Numbered from the whole stretch's first letter, positions 50,639 to 62,900 are shown. The stretch: 63,997 bases of DNA, filler included, from Piptocephalis cylindrospora (GCA_003614145.1; 13 parts of 13 records of this genome joined end to end with filler, not necessarily neighbours in it), one strand, 5' to 3'. The notes: generated from the letters alone by a model not told the origin. Program-made: numbers and translations.

Positions 50639-51573
50639 ATGCAACGCGTTTTCCTCCCCGTCACCTTTCTATTTGGTGTTAGCTTCCTCACCTTAGCTCT
50701 AGCTTATCCGACTGAACCGAATCGTATGTCTATTCAGAGCCTCCTCACCACGGATCTACTTCCAGGTAGCGCACCAACCCAAGATATGAAATGGCATGAA
50801 CCCTCTAGAAAGTATTTGCCAAGGTATCCTAGCCCTCTCCGCAATCATTTCCAGCCAGAACCGTTCGAGAACGACATCAACCCCAAGTTTTCATCTTCGA
50901 CGAAGAGGGCTAGACAAAGTAATAAGAATGCGAGCGGGGTGATGATGGGACCAGTAGTCATTTCACTCACGCTTCCATTGTTGAACTAAACCATAAAACA
51001 GTTGAACAGCATGATGATCTAATGTTGCGCGTTCGGCCTTACGCTGTCCCTGACCGCATCGCTATAAACTCTGGAGAACCCAAGCGCCAGTTATCTAAGC
51101 CTCGAGAAAGTAAACATGAAGCAAACAAGGCCAAAGCAAGGCCATTAAGCGTCAGGGATAGATTTTACAAGAAGGGCAAGTCCCTACACATTGTCCTCAA
51201 GGGTATACTTTCCGGATTTCTGGAAGGCAAGCTCGACATCCCTCCTCCCTATGAGGAAATCGAAGCAAGCGTTGAGACGATGCTCGAATGTAGCGCTAGT
51301 TTCTTCCGAAATGCCGATCGCCAGCAACACTGGAAAAATTTATGGAATGGCTTTAGGAACGATTACCAAACAATCAGGAAAACTTCCACGATTACCAATC
51401 CAGAGAATAAGGACCCTATGCTCCATTTGATCCTTGCTTTTCAAGAGCTTACTGTCAAATTGAATCCCATGGTCCATGACCGTGATCCAGATGATGTCGC
51501 TAAGTTTGACTCTAACGGCTCTCTCAATCTGGCCATAAAGGCTACTAAGAACTTAAAACAACGTCAGGAATGA
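50639..51573 (+). CDS. Secreted effector-like protein A; one intron at about 50919-51001 (alternative 50939-51009)
   Basis: Signal peptide MQRVFLPVTFLFGVSFLTLALA|YP. Either intron joins ORFs 50597 and 51022 in frame. The C-terminal domain aligns with the protein at 53185-53874. Confidence 0.72.
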
Positions 51574-52704
51574 TCATGAACCTAAAGAAATAACCCTCTA
51601 TCTGTCCTTGACCTCCAATTTTTCCTTGGTACCTTGCTTACTGCTTAGGATCTGAGAAAGCACCATGTGACTTTTTCTTTGACTTGTATGGGATGCCTTC
51701 TCTAATGCATTCTTCAAATGTTTGCTACGCTGCCTCTCGTGATCATCATCCAGGTGTGTTTTCCTCTCCATGCTGACCGATCCCTTGACAGCCTATGTCT
51801 TTACTTTGAAGGCTTTGTTGCTACTGTTGGATGGTAGAAAGCTAGCCAAAGTGCCACTTTTCTATGGGGATGATTGTGTGAGATATTAAGAAGGTAATTT
51901 TTAATGAGGGTAGTAGCCAATGCTATCTATTTACCGGAAATGCGCCTTTTGGTAAACATGCATGTGCTCAAAGTATAAAAGATCAGTAGAACACAAAAGC
52001 ATATCAGCATGTACTACATTTAAAGGAAAGGATGGGAGAAGGAGGGATGATTTATCCATATCGTGAGCCTCACGTATTGCTGCGATCATCTTTTAAAAAA
52101 TGCTATTGCTTGTAGCAGTAACTATGTGGATATCCTCCTACATGGAATCCATCCACTATAAAATTATCCCTGCCTTCCAGAGAGATCGTAGTATACTATA
52201 CGCCCCTGTTAGATTTCCCAGAGTATTGTATAGTATGGTGACAAGCGTTCAGGATCAAGGTTACTGAAATAATGCACTGAAGACAGCGGACAAGAGGTGC
52301 AGCGACAAATTCCCGGAGACTGGAAGGGGTAACAACACGGGGATATGTTAGCAGAGAAGGCTGGAGAAATCCCTTCTCCCTTGCTCTCCATCATCCCCGC
52401 AAACCCTAAAGGATACCCTGTTCTTTGATGAATTGGTCATACCTTGGCTATGACCTTGAGCGTTTAAAGCCAGGCTTTCAGCCCCGTTCGTCATGCTGAA
52501 ACGCCCAAGCCAAAGCAAATGTCACTGAGCCATCTCTAGGAGGCGCTCGATGCCCGACAGGCAGAAGACGGAGTAGCGCTTCCTAATTCAATATATCTGT
52601 ACAGCCCTTGGTAATATGTCTTGCCCGTTGGGCCCTTTCCCCTAGTATGATTCGCTGGCCAAGATTGACTGTCTGGTAAAACGTGCTTTTTTCCTGCTTA
52701 AACG

Positions 52705-52938
52705 TATCCTTAAAACGGGAGAGCAGCTGAGGAGGATCAAGCGAGTGTCATAGATAGACGAGTGTCAAGCTTAGGAGGATGGTTTATAGAGCTCGAATTT
52801 TGGTCTTTAACCCAACAACCCAGCATGACAGCGTGCAGCAGGAGTGCACGCTAGCGGTGAGGCGTTAGCGCCTGAGCATCCTGAAGCCGTGGTACAAAAA
52901 ATTGGCCGCAGCTTAATCAGGCTCTCCCGTTTTGGATA
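52705..52938. other. 234-bp element with terminal inverted repeats and internal hairpins (MITE-like element or structured RNA)
   Basis: TATCC-tt-AAAACGGGAGAGC (52705-52724) pairs with GCTCTCCCGTTTT-GGATA (52921-52938). Hairpins at 52830-52852 and 52860-52873. Confidence 0.5.
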
Positions 52939-53184
52939 AGACGCAGATCTCTACAGGAGAAAGAAGCACGAGGCAGGAAGAATTGCCAGTGAGAAGCACT
53001 GGTCTGACCGACAGAGGAAGAAGAGATAAAGCGCGCCAGCGTAGATGACGGTTGAATCCTCCTTTTCTCCTCCCTCTTCTCGCCTTCCCCCTCTACTTCC
53101 CTTCCCCAGTAACGAGAATCTCAATATTCGATCCACCTTCTTTCCCCAACTGATGCCCAGAACACAAATACCTTGCCCCTTACG

Positions 53185-53874
53185 ATGAATCTCCCGCCTT
53201 TCATTCTCCTCTCTATACTCTCCATCCTTTCTCTTTCTGCTGGTGCACCATCAAGGCGTGAGTTCTTGTCCATTGCATCCATGATCAAGCCCACCCCCCC
53301 AGAGTATTTTTCCTCTGTGTCTTCCGACTCTTCCTCCAACGAGGAGGTGAGAGGAGATGTGTGGTTGCCTAGCCGCAAGATCCACTCTCTCACCCGAAAA
53401 CAAGCTGAAGAAAAGAAATGGAAGGAGCTCAAATACCATCCAGACTTGTCTCTGGAAAACATGCGCCTTCTTGAAAGTGAATCTGAGTGGAAAGAAACCT
53501 TTTGCAAGCATGCCAAGGTGATAGAGAATGCCTTTGAGCACCTCACCCGTCAAAAACATCGCGAGTTCACTCCTCCCCCACCTTTTGATAATACTACGGA
53601 ACAGGATATTCTGGTGGTTCATGGTGCTGCCTCCAAATTATACTCAACGAGCAACTGGATAGGCAGATGGAAAACCCATTTTCAGATAGGGTACTACGCT
53701 TACCGAGCCCTCGCCAAGACCCATAGCCCAAGTGAGGCTCAGTATATTGGGTGGATTGCCGATTTAACTGAAGCCCATATTGACCTCCAGCATAGAATGG
53801 AAAAGTACTGTTATCGCCATAAGCACTCCCCAATTATGAGTAGTCGAAAGGCAAAAGAAAAAGTAGTTGGGTAA
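53185..53874 (+). CDS. Secreted effector-like protein B, 229 aa
   Basis: Signal peptide MNLPPFILLSILSILSLSAGA|P. Intronless ORF with a CT-rich leader; apparent paralogue of protein A. Confidence 0.78.
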   Translation: MNLPPFILLSILSILSLSAGAPSRREFLSIASMIKPTPPEYFSSVSSDSSSNEEVRGDVWLPSRKIHSLTRKQAEEKKWKELKYHPDLSLENMRLLESESEWKETFCKHAKVIENAFEHLTRQKHREFTPPPPFDNTTEQDILVVHGAASKLYSTSNWIGRWKTHFQIGYYAYRALAKTHSPSEAQYIGWIADLTEAHIDLQHRMEKYCYRHKHSPIMSSRKAKEKVVG

Positions 53875-56520
53875 GGCAAGGTAGTAGTGATGATAATGAT
53901 GGGTAATGTTCAACGGCCACACCCGATACAACCATCACTGTGCTTTCATCCAAAGGCCTGGCTCTTGAGACGACTTGTGACATGGATAATGCACTCATAA
54001 TGAACCCAATACATCACTTTACACTTACGACATGCACTATACACCCGTGATAATATATATAAAAAGCACAAACTACCCATCCAGCACATTACCATTCTTG
54101 AAACAAACATTTCGCTGTTTGCTGCTACGTTCTTGAAACAAAGATATTGAATGAGTGTGTATTTTCCATGGATTGGACATGTGAATGAGACAGCGTGGAT
54201 GAGTGAGTGGGCAAGTAAGAAAGGAAAAAGGATCAAGGTAGGTAATGCAGAGGGAAAGGGAGACATGGGACCAGGTATGCGAAAGTATACATGTCCACAT
54301 TTGGTATCCTTGCTGTCCCAGACCCCTTTGTCCAGGTCCATCCTTTCCCGTGCCGCCACACGTCCATGCATCCCACATTATGTGTCCATACCAGTCAATA
54401 AGGCATCCATATATGCAATAGAGAGGAGGGGAGGGGAGGAGAGGGAGCGNNNNNNNNNNNNNNNNNNNNNNNNNNNNNNNNNNNNNNNNNNNNTTAATTA
54501 ATTAANNNNNNNNNNNNNNNNNNNNNNNNNNNNNNNNNNNNNNNNNNNNATCTGAATTCACCCCCTCACCCGTTTATACCCACCCACTAAACCATACCCC
54601 TAACAATATCATTGTTTTATTGAAACTTCTACGACCTTACATCTTGAAATTAACGTGTTTTGGGATTTATAGGGACATAAATTATTTATACAGTAATGTA
54701 TTCTGGGAGTTGCGGCTGTAATTTCTGCTGCGTGAATAACGATCATTTCCCAAGGGCAAATTTCGATCATGTATATTATAAATACATAAAGAAGATGCAT
54801 CCACAGTTGTGTCTAAATGTCATTGTGTGTCGTTGCGATTGCTTTTCTGCATGTATCTGCAAGAGATGACACCCGTTGGTGTATGAATACTCGGCCCGTA
54901 ATATGGAAGGAGAGAGGGAAGAAGCGAAAGAGAGAGAACCATCTGTATATATGAACCTTTGCAAAAATGTGATGGAAACATGTTTTTTTCGCCTTGAAGA
55001 CCATAATAGTGATGGATGTGAAGAAATATAACCTAACATGGCAAATATTTGGCATGGAGGCCAGGAAATAAATGAGTTTTCAAAGTCAAAAATGTGAAGA
55101 AATATAGCTTAAAAACATATTAACCACTTGACTTATTGTTTGTACACCTGTAAAGGAATGTCTAAAGTGTACCGAGATAGTTGAGATAATCCAGGGAGGG
55201 GTGTTTTGGCATATAGTGGTTAGACGAGTCAAATGCAAGAGTTGCAGCAGCAAATCTTCATGTCAGTGGGCCATCAAAGATGCACCTCCGTTTGCCTCCG
55301 CATATATGGTCATGGGGAGCAGATTAGAAGTCGATATAGCAGGGGGTTCCATATTAAACGCCTCCGAGACACCCGCGTACTGCGAAACATCCTGATACAA
55401 GCGCATGCATTGTGGAAAGAATTTACGCGTCATGATAGTGGGAGATGCCCTACTAGGTTTGACAAGTGTTCATGCTCGGATTGCAAGCCATATAATCTAA
55501 TCTACTAGGATTTATAGTCTCTAGTGAGGGATGTGGATGCAAGATATCTTGTTTTACTTTACCCCGGACGTTCGCTTTCAAATTCTACAGAGCACATGGT
55601 AGTGTGGGGGATAAAAAGGAGCAACTCTTCATGTATAGCTCATTAATATCCAGTTTCATACCTTTAGAAGCCAAAATGTATCTTATTGTTACCCTTATCC
55701 AGGTGTTTGACATGGTGTAGGTCGATGTAAGCCGGTAGGCATGACCATGCCAGGGTACTCGTCAAGACTCAAGGGAGCAGGCGCAAATGTATCCTTTCCC
55801 TGAGGATAAGGATGTTGATTCTTAAGGTATGACCTGTCATGAGCCTCAGCCATCATATGGTGGTGCCTCCCTTGCCTGTACAAAACTGCTCCTATGGTCA
55901 GGGCACTAACGATGAAGCTGACTCACACATCCTCTACCGATCTTATTCTAGAAGTGGCGCCGCTCTAACGGAGTTTGTCCTACTATAAACCCACTACCGC
56001 TTGTGGCAAGTCTGACAGATGTGGTGGGCAAAGGCCCGCACCACCATTGTGAGGATGCACCTTCTCTGATCTCCTTTCGATCTGACCCTTTTTTGACCTC
56101 AGTGGCTTGTGATACGGTAAGGTCAGATTGGATGGGATGACCTCCCACTCGTCATTTTTAGGATACTGCATCGAATCCAAAGGGTTGCATAGATGAGCGA
56201 AAGAGGAAAGAGGGATGTGGGATATAAGACGGATGGTTCACGACCAATTTCTGTCGGTCCTCTTCTCTCAGTATCCCCGCCCCATCCCATTCCATCTCAT
56301 CCCACCTCTCTACCTACACTAGAAAGTACTTTCAGCCTTTCAATTGCCACTCATCCTTCCACGAATTTGCATTAAACTCCATCTGATTTCATACAACAGC
56401 AGGCACTATCAACCATTTGCAATCACTCCCTTTCATCAGCTCCATCCTTTTCAATTTTTCCTACTCTATTCCTTCTCTCATTACATTACTCTACATTAGC
56501 ATCATACTGGTTCTCCAAAC

Positions 56521-57810
56521 ATGGATCTTAGCAAGGACGTCAATTACAATTACCTTCATCCTGAAGAGACACCATGCAGATGGAACGCCAACGTGAGGAA
56601 TTGCCAGGACTCGGGATACTACGTAGCGTTGACAATTATCTCTGTCATCATGTTCTGCTTCCCGATTGTCATGGGGATTATGCTAATAAAGCTTTCGGGC
56701 CTTGGATGGGAGAAGTTCAAGAAGCCATCCAAGTGGGGACCTTCGGTATCTTTTTACATTGCTAGCATTATTGCCGGGATTTTCTTCATTGGCTTTGGCC
56801 TTGTACTTCTTATTGACCCACCGATGCCGTACTGGTCCAGGTTTTTAATCGCAGACCTTCCTTCTGTTACCCTAATCCTCGGGATGATTCCGTACCTGAG
56901 GTCGCTGACGACGCCCACGGAGATGGGAACGCCATCGATGAATGCTTCGGTCCGGACGTTCAAGTATCTCCGGGTGTCGATCCACACCATCCCGGTATTT
57001 GTGGTGATCCACTATTCCTTTTGGATCCTCCGAGGAGTCTTTATTGACAAGCAGAATCCCCCAGTGAGTGATGCGATGACCTTGGCATCCCAGTTGATTT
57101 TTGCATCTATTTGTATGGTCGTATGCTTTACTTGCTACGTGCACGGAATTAGCTTTGCAGATACTCTTAGAAAGAGTATTGCCACCGTGGAGGAGGGCAT
57201 GGCAAAGGCAAACTCATTCGGAGCATCGGGAACAAGCAGGTCCGCCTCTGGAGCCGGACTGAGTTACAAGACGAGGAAAGAGACGAGCAACGACCATTCC
57301 CTGTTTAGTCGGCTCTTCTCCCCAGCCTCGTCTACATCAGTATTACATCAGAGACCGAGCGAAGACCGATCCAAGACAATGACGACGATTGAGGCATGGG
57401 CTGCTCTTCGGAAGATTACCTTATTGAATCTGGTTTTAGCAGGATCTGATTTGATGGCTGCGGGATTCTGCTTGATAACGGGGGTTCTCCCATCGAGTTT
57501 GTTCACGATACCCGTGCTGTCTAAGATATTTTTTTACATCTACATGGTCACCATCCCCTTCAAGGTATCGGTAATCATGGCGTGTGGCTTATATGCCGAG
57601 TGGGTGCGCCGTCGAGACAAGGAGGTGTTTGCCTCAAGTTCCAAGGATAGTTCCTTAGTGGCTCGAGCAGTGGAGGCGCGACAGTCGGTTCTCAAGCGAC
57701 CGACAGAATCGGTGACAATGGTGGAATCGGGGATGTCTATGCGCAACGAAAAGGTGGACAACATCGGGATGACCGATGTTGAGATGACAGAAAGGCCTGC
57801 GGCGTTCTAA
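56521..57810 (+). CDS. Orphan seven-transmembrane, GPCR-like protein, 429 aa
   Basis: Seven hydrophobic segments, a long Ser/basic loop between TM5 and TM6, a Ser-rich C-tail and an N-terminal C-x-W-x5-N-C pair. Confidence 0.75.
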   Translation: MDLSKDVNYNYLHPEETPCRWNANVRNCQDSGYYVALTIISVIMFCFPIVMGIMLIKLSGLGWEKFKKPSKWGPSVSFYIASIIAGIFFIGFGLVLLIDPPMPYWSRFLIADLPSVTLILGMIPYLRSLTTPTEMGTPSMNASVRTFKYLRVSIHTIPVFVVIHYSFWILRGVFIDKQNPPVSDAMTLASQLIFASICMVVCFTCYVHGISFADTLRKSIATVEEGMAKANSFGASGTSRSASGAGLSYKTRKETSNDHSLFSRLFSPASSTSVLHQRPSEDRSKTMTTIEAWAALRKITLLNLVLAGSDLMAAGFCLITGVLPSSLFTIPVLSKIFFYIYMVTIPFKVSVIMACGLYAEWVRRRDKEVFASSSKDSSLVARAVEARQSVLKRPTESVTMVESGMSMRNEKVDNIGMTDVEMTERPAAF

Positions 57811-58496
57811 AGGGTGGCGGTGAGGATGAAAGATAAAACAACGCATTAATGACATTATTGTTTCTTGAATTCCGTATATGTTTACCTGAGGGGGCATTTA
57901 TGTTTAAAAAATGGAAAGGGGCATTGGTGAGGGGTCCAGGTGCTACCGACAAGAAGTAACGCGCGCTATACTTTGCATGAAAAGCCCCATGGGGCCATGC
58001 GCCTCTATCTCGGAATGGTATGGGAGTATCCTATATTCAGGTGATGATGATGAAACCGTTATATTTTCCCCCTTAGTTGGGTGGGTTAAATAGGCATTCA
58101 AAGTCTCTTGCATTCAGATACTTTATTTATAGGATAGGGCAGATGAAGTGTCAGATTGACTCATGGACACTGAAACGATTACGTGAATATGTAGTAGTAT
58201 ATATTTTCAAAAGCGGTTAATATCCTAATACGCTAAGGGGTTTCTCGTCAGTTTGAATAAGGAATCAGCGAACCACTGTAGAGTGCTCTCCATTCACCCA
58301 TCAAAAAATAAATAAATCACATTGTGGAAGAATCCTGACAGAGAAAAAACGGGACGAAAGATGAAACGAAATGAGTTTATTCTCAGCAAGATTGATTCTC
58401 AATGAGGTTTCTCTTGAAAGGGTAACTAATAAAGGTAATACCGGGCCCTTTTTAAGTAGACTCGACGTAATATGAGCCTTCAGTTCCCTAGGCGCT

Positions 58497-58568
58497 TTAG
58501 GCGGACGGTTCAGAGCCGCCAGAAGCATCGGCATCTTCAGAGGCATCGGCACCTCCAGAAGCATCAGT
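58497..58568 (-). other. Inverted orphan 3' end of the GGSDAS-repeat gene or a paralogue
   Basis: The minus strand reads TDASGGADASEDADASGGSEPSA-stop using the same 18-bp units, with AATAAA at 58376-58381 downstream. Confidence 0.8.
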
Positions 58569-58940
58569 GCACATTGGAACGAAATGACAGAGTATTCTCC
58601 TGTGGAAGGAGTAGAACACCCCGTATCCTTGGCACTTTCAAGGGGTATGTACTCTTCTCCATAAGCACAGGCATGGCTTGGCGCCAAGGGCCTGGGAATA
58701 ATCGGTCTCCTCACCAAGATCAGCATGCCCCAGGCGAAATAGGGCACATTCAAGGGAGAGATTACATCCCTCCCAAGAATCGTCAAGAAAAGATATAAAA
58801 ACCTGCATGATTAGAAGGAAAAAGAAATCCCACCAAGACAAATCCCCATCCAACACATTCACACTGTCCACTGCCCCAAATTCACCTTGTCCGACCGCCC
58901 AAGTTCTTCCACATCCCTTTTCTTCCCATTTACTTTTACC

Positions 58941-59377
58941 ATGCGTTTCTTTACTACTATTACCCTTATTGGCCTCCTTGCCGCCACTGCTGTCATCGCT
59001 GCTCCTTCCCACCTGGTCCGCAGGAACGGTTCCGGTGGCAAGTGCACCCCCCATAAGCCATCTGATAGCTCCAGCGCTGGCACTGGAGGATCAGGCTCTG
59101 ATGCTCCTGGAGGTGCCGATGCCACTGGAGGCTCTGATGCTTCTGGAGGCTCTGATGCTTCTGGAGATGCCGATGCTTCTGGAGGTGCCGATGCTTCTGG
59201 CGGCTCTGATGCTTCTGGAGGTGCCGATGCCACTGGAGGCTCTGATGCTTCTGGAGGCTCTGATGCTTCTGGAGATGCCGATGCTTCTGGAGGTGCCGAT
59301 GCTTCTGGCGGCTCTGATGCTTCTGGAGGTGCCGATGCCACTGGAGGCTCTGATGCTTCTGGAGGCTCTGATGCTTC
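58941..59377 (+). CDS. Secreted Gly/Ala/Ser/Asp hexapeptide-repeat protein, 3'-truncated
   Basis: Signal peptide MRFFTTITLIGLLAATAVIA|AP, dibasic site LVRR, then 18-bp G[G/D][S/A]DA[S/T] repeats to the contig end. Confidence 0.85.
59094..59377 (+). repeat. 18-bp tandem repeat with a 108-bp higher-order period
   Basis: The block GGADAT-GGSDAS-GGSDAS-GDADAS-GGADAS-GGSDAS repeats about 2.5 times. Confidence 0.95.
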
Positions 59378-59904
59378 NNNNNNNNNNNNNNNNNNNNNNN
59401 NNNNNNNNNNNNNNNNNNNNNTTAATTAATTAANNNNNNNNNNNNNNNNNNNNNNNNNNNNNNNNNNNNNNNNNNNNAGCCATAGTGTGTCAGTAAGTGT
59501 CTTGGGGAGGAGGGAGCGAAATAGGGGGAGGGGACTGGTTCCACACAGATATCCACGGAGAGAGGTCTGCTTGCTACCCCTCGTTCTAAATGGGGCGAGC
59601 CAAAGAGGAGAGGAGGAAAAAATAGACGGTGCTGGGGGAACACAATGGCACACGCACATGAGCCGTTGTTTCTCACTGACTGACTAAGCGCGTCCGCCTC
59701 GTCACACATCCCGTGTCCTGATGCTCTCTCCACCCAGTAAGAAAGACATCACGCCATTCAAGAAAACAAAACGGATGGTACTTCATGTGTATACAAGAGA
59801 AAAAGACACTCCTCTCTCTCTCTCTCACCGAGTCATCGGAGGGACAGGGGAGGGATGACGCTGGTCAACCAATGGTCTAGGCCTCTCAGAGATTTTGGAC
59901 ATCT

Positions 59905-62900
59905 CTACAGGCTCGACCCGAGTCGATTCCCCACCCGGTCCAGTGGGATTGATCTGATAGTGAAGGACAGGGTCCCCGCCAGATCTCCACAAAAATGCCC
60001 GCACCGTCGCTAGCGTAGCCTTGGGAGGGATGACCTATACATACCCATGACGGCGAGAGAGCATGAGTCTTGCTCGGTCAAAAAGCACACACACACACAC
60101 ACACACACACACTCCCCCCATAACGTACCATGCCTTGACATTCAAGTTGAATGTACTCTTCAGCCGCAATGTCCCCAGGAAGCTTTAATCCCAGTCGATC
60201 CACCACGTACGCCGCCATCTTGCGCACACGTAAAGCCCGGTTCGCCGTAAGCTTGACCGATCCGTGAGGGAGATCCGGGAGCGCAAGAGCCTTACTGATC
60301 CCTGGCGTGGGTAGAAGGATGAAACTCAGCTTGACCGGGTCCTTAGGTGGTACTCGACCCAGGTACAAAAAGTCCCGGAGCCATCGCCCCATTACCCCGT
60401 CCACTTCTTCGGCCCGACCCGCCAACTCGGCCACACAACCCCTCCACACATCCATCCCGGTTCCCGCCCCGGGGTCCTCCTCTTGAAGCGCCATCACCAC
60501 CTCCCGAGGTAGCCTCAGACCCGGGATGTCCCCCTCAAACAGATTGGGTCTAGGGGGAGGGGACGCTGTGGGCGACCAGGGGGGTCCTCCACCCCTCCCG
60601 CCCTCCCCATCCCCCTCCCCTCGTCCATCCCCCTCCCCCAATACCCTTCCCAAATCCGGGGCCGTATGCACCCTAGTCAGGGGATTTCTTTGAGTGCGGG
60701 GGCTTGGATAAAGACGATGGGAGGAGCCGTCTCCATCTTGCGTACCGGATCCTCCTTCCTTCCCCGCCTCCTTCGTACCCTCTTCCCCCTCCATCGTCTC
60801 TACCTCCCCCTCCTCCCCCTCCTCTTCCTCCTCCTCCTCCTCCTCCTCTTCAGCCTCCTCCTCCTCCTCTTCCTCCTCTTCCTTCCCCTTTCCCTTCCCC
60901 TTCCGTCGAATGCCCTGTCGGGAAAACTTTCGTCGCATTGGCATGCTAAAATGTTTGATCCGGCCCATCAACCCTGCCCTTTCCATCCCAGCATTCAGGG
61001 TCGCTGGTGGGGGGATCTGGATTCCCTGGGCCCCTCCCCCTCGGCCTCGACCCTCCCCAAAGTAACCTCCCTTCCCACTGATTGCCGAGGATGGGGGAAG
61101 TGGCGCGGTCATAGGCCCGTTAGATCCGGGAACATAACTTCCTGGATCAATGCTCTTGTACTTGGACCCAGCCCCGCCCCGTCCATCCCGCATACTCTCC
61201 ATCCTGGGTGGTAAAGACCCGGATTCTTGGGTGGTCGAGCTGTTAGAAACTGTATTTGGGATAGGCAAGGTCGTGGTCGAGGTCGAAGTCGAAGTCGAGG
61301 AGGATGAGGTGGACCGATGCATACCCCCCATCCCCCCATGAAGACCCTTCCCTTCGGATGCCTCCAAGGGAGGGGAGGCATTCATGGGTGATAGGACAGG
61401 TCGAGGGAGTTGCGGGGCACCCGTCGATCTCATCCGCCTCCCTCTCATCGCCTCAGTTTCCCTAGGAAGACAAAGTGAGGTGGTGGAGGAGGGAGAGGGG
61501 GATATTGGAGGCCGCGTCTTGGTACCATAAGGGTTTGGGAGATGAGAGGTGGAGGATCCAGATCCGGACCCAGACCCAGACCCAGACCCAGGTCTCCCAC
61601 TTCCTCGACTTACCCCGTCTCCCGAATGCGCCTTCCCACCCTGACCCTCCATGCTCTGCCCCTCCTGCTCCTCCTTGGACCACTGTAGCATCCTATCCAC
61701 CACCAGATCCTGGAAGAGTCCACGCAACACCCACTTTCCCAAATTCACCTTCCACTCCACCAAAGGCTTGGGTGGAGGCACCGATCCCTCCCTCTCCCCT
61801 ACCAGCTCTCCTCCTCGGCCAGTATCCATCCGCGCCATCGCCCCCTCCTCCTCGGTCAACCCCACCTCATCCGCATAGACTTCGGCGTCAAAGCACTGAT
61901 TGGGATCTAGATGCACCGATAAGCTCCCTATCCTCACATCCACCGTGCACCAACTGGGCACGCTGAGCGCCTGATCCTTAGCCTTGGCCACCCCATCCAG
62001 CTTTTGTCCAGGGAACCTCTCCACTAACCTGCACCGTACAATATCCCACATGGCCACGTCCCCCCGACGATCGAGGGTAAGGACGTGTCGTCGGTCACTG
62101 AGCATCCTGTGTCCCACGTACCCATATCCTCCCTCCAGCACTTGGAGTGGAGCGGTGTGAAGGGGGGATAGGGTGGATGCCTCCGAGGTCGAGCTTCCCT
62201 CCCTTTCCCCTGCCTCCTTATCATGGTTAGGGTAGTGTGGAGGGAAAGAGGGTGAGGAGGAGAGAAGTGTTTTTAATCCACCCTTCCCCTCCAGCCTCCC
62301 TCCTCCCGTAGACTCTAGTGTGATGGAGGGTCGGGTCCCAGGGGGGGACTCTTGGGGCCGTTGCGCCCTCTCTAGCCCGATAAGCCCCCCATCTCCCTCC
62401 CCCTCCATGGCTGCCATCATCTTTTCCTCCCCAACCCCCGGCTTTTCCAGGACCGTGGGCCATAGGCTAAGTGAGGAACTGGATGTGGCTGCCCATACCC
62501 CTGATCCCTCCCAGGATGCCGCCAGGCTGTGCACACCACTCTCCTCCTTGCACACGGGAACCCATGCCTCCTCAATCCCCCGCTCATCCACCCACCACTT
62601 TCCGATAATTCCATCCTTCCCGGAGGCGTAGAAGCTCTGAAGGCGTGAGGGAAAGGTGCCCTGTTGGGTGTTTCCGCTATTGAGGCACCAAATGGCTTCT
62701 CCCGAGGGTCTAGAGTACGTGGAAATACATCGGTGCTCCCCCAGGGACCAAAGCTTGACCGTCCCATCGGACGAACCGGATAGAGCCGTCATCCCATCTT
62801 CTGCCACCAGGATGGACCTTACATTCTCCGTATGGCCCCGAAGGATCCCTGATCGATGGGCCTGTCGTGGATCATACATTCTTATATCCTAATTGGACGA

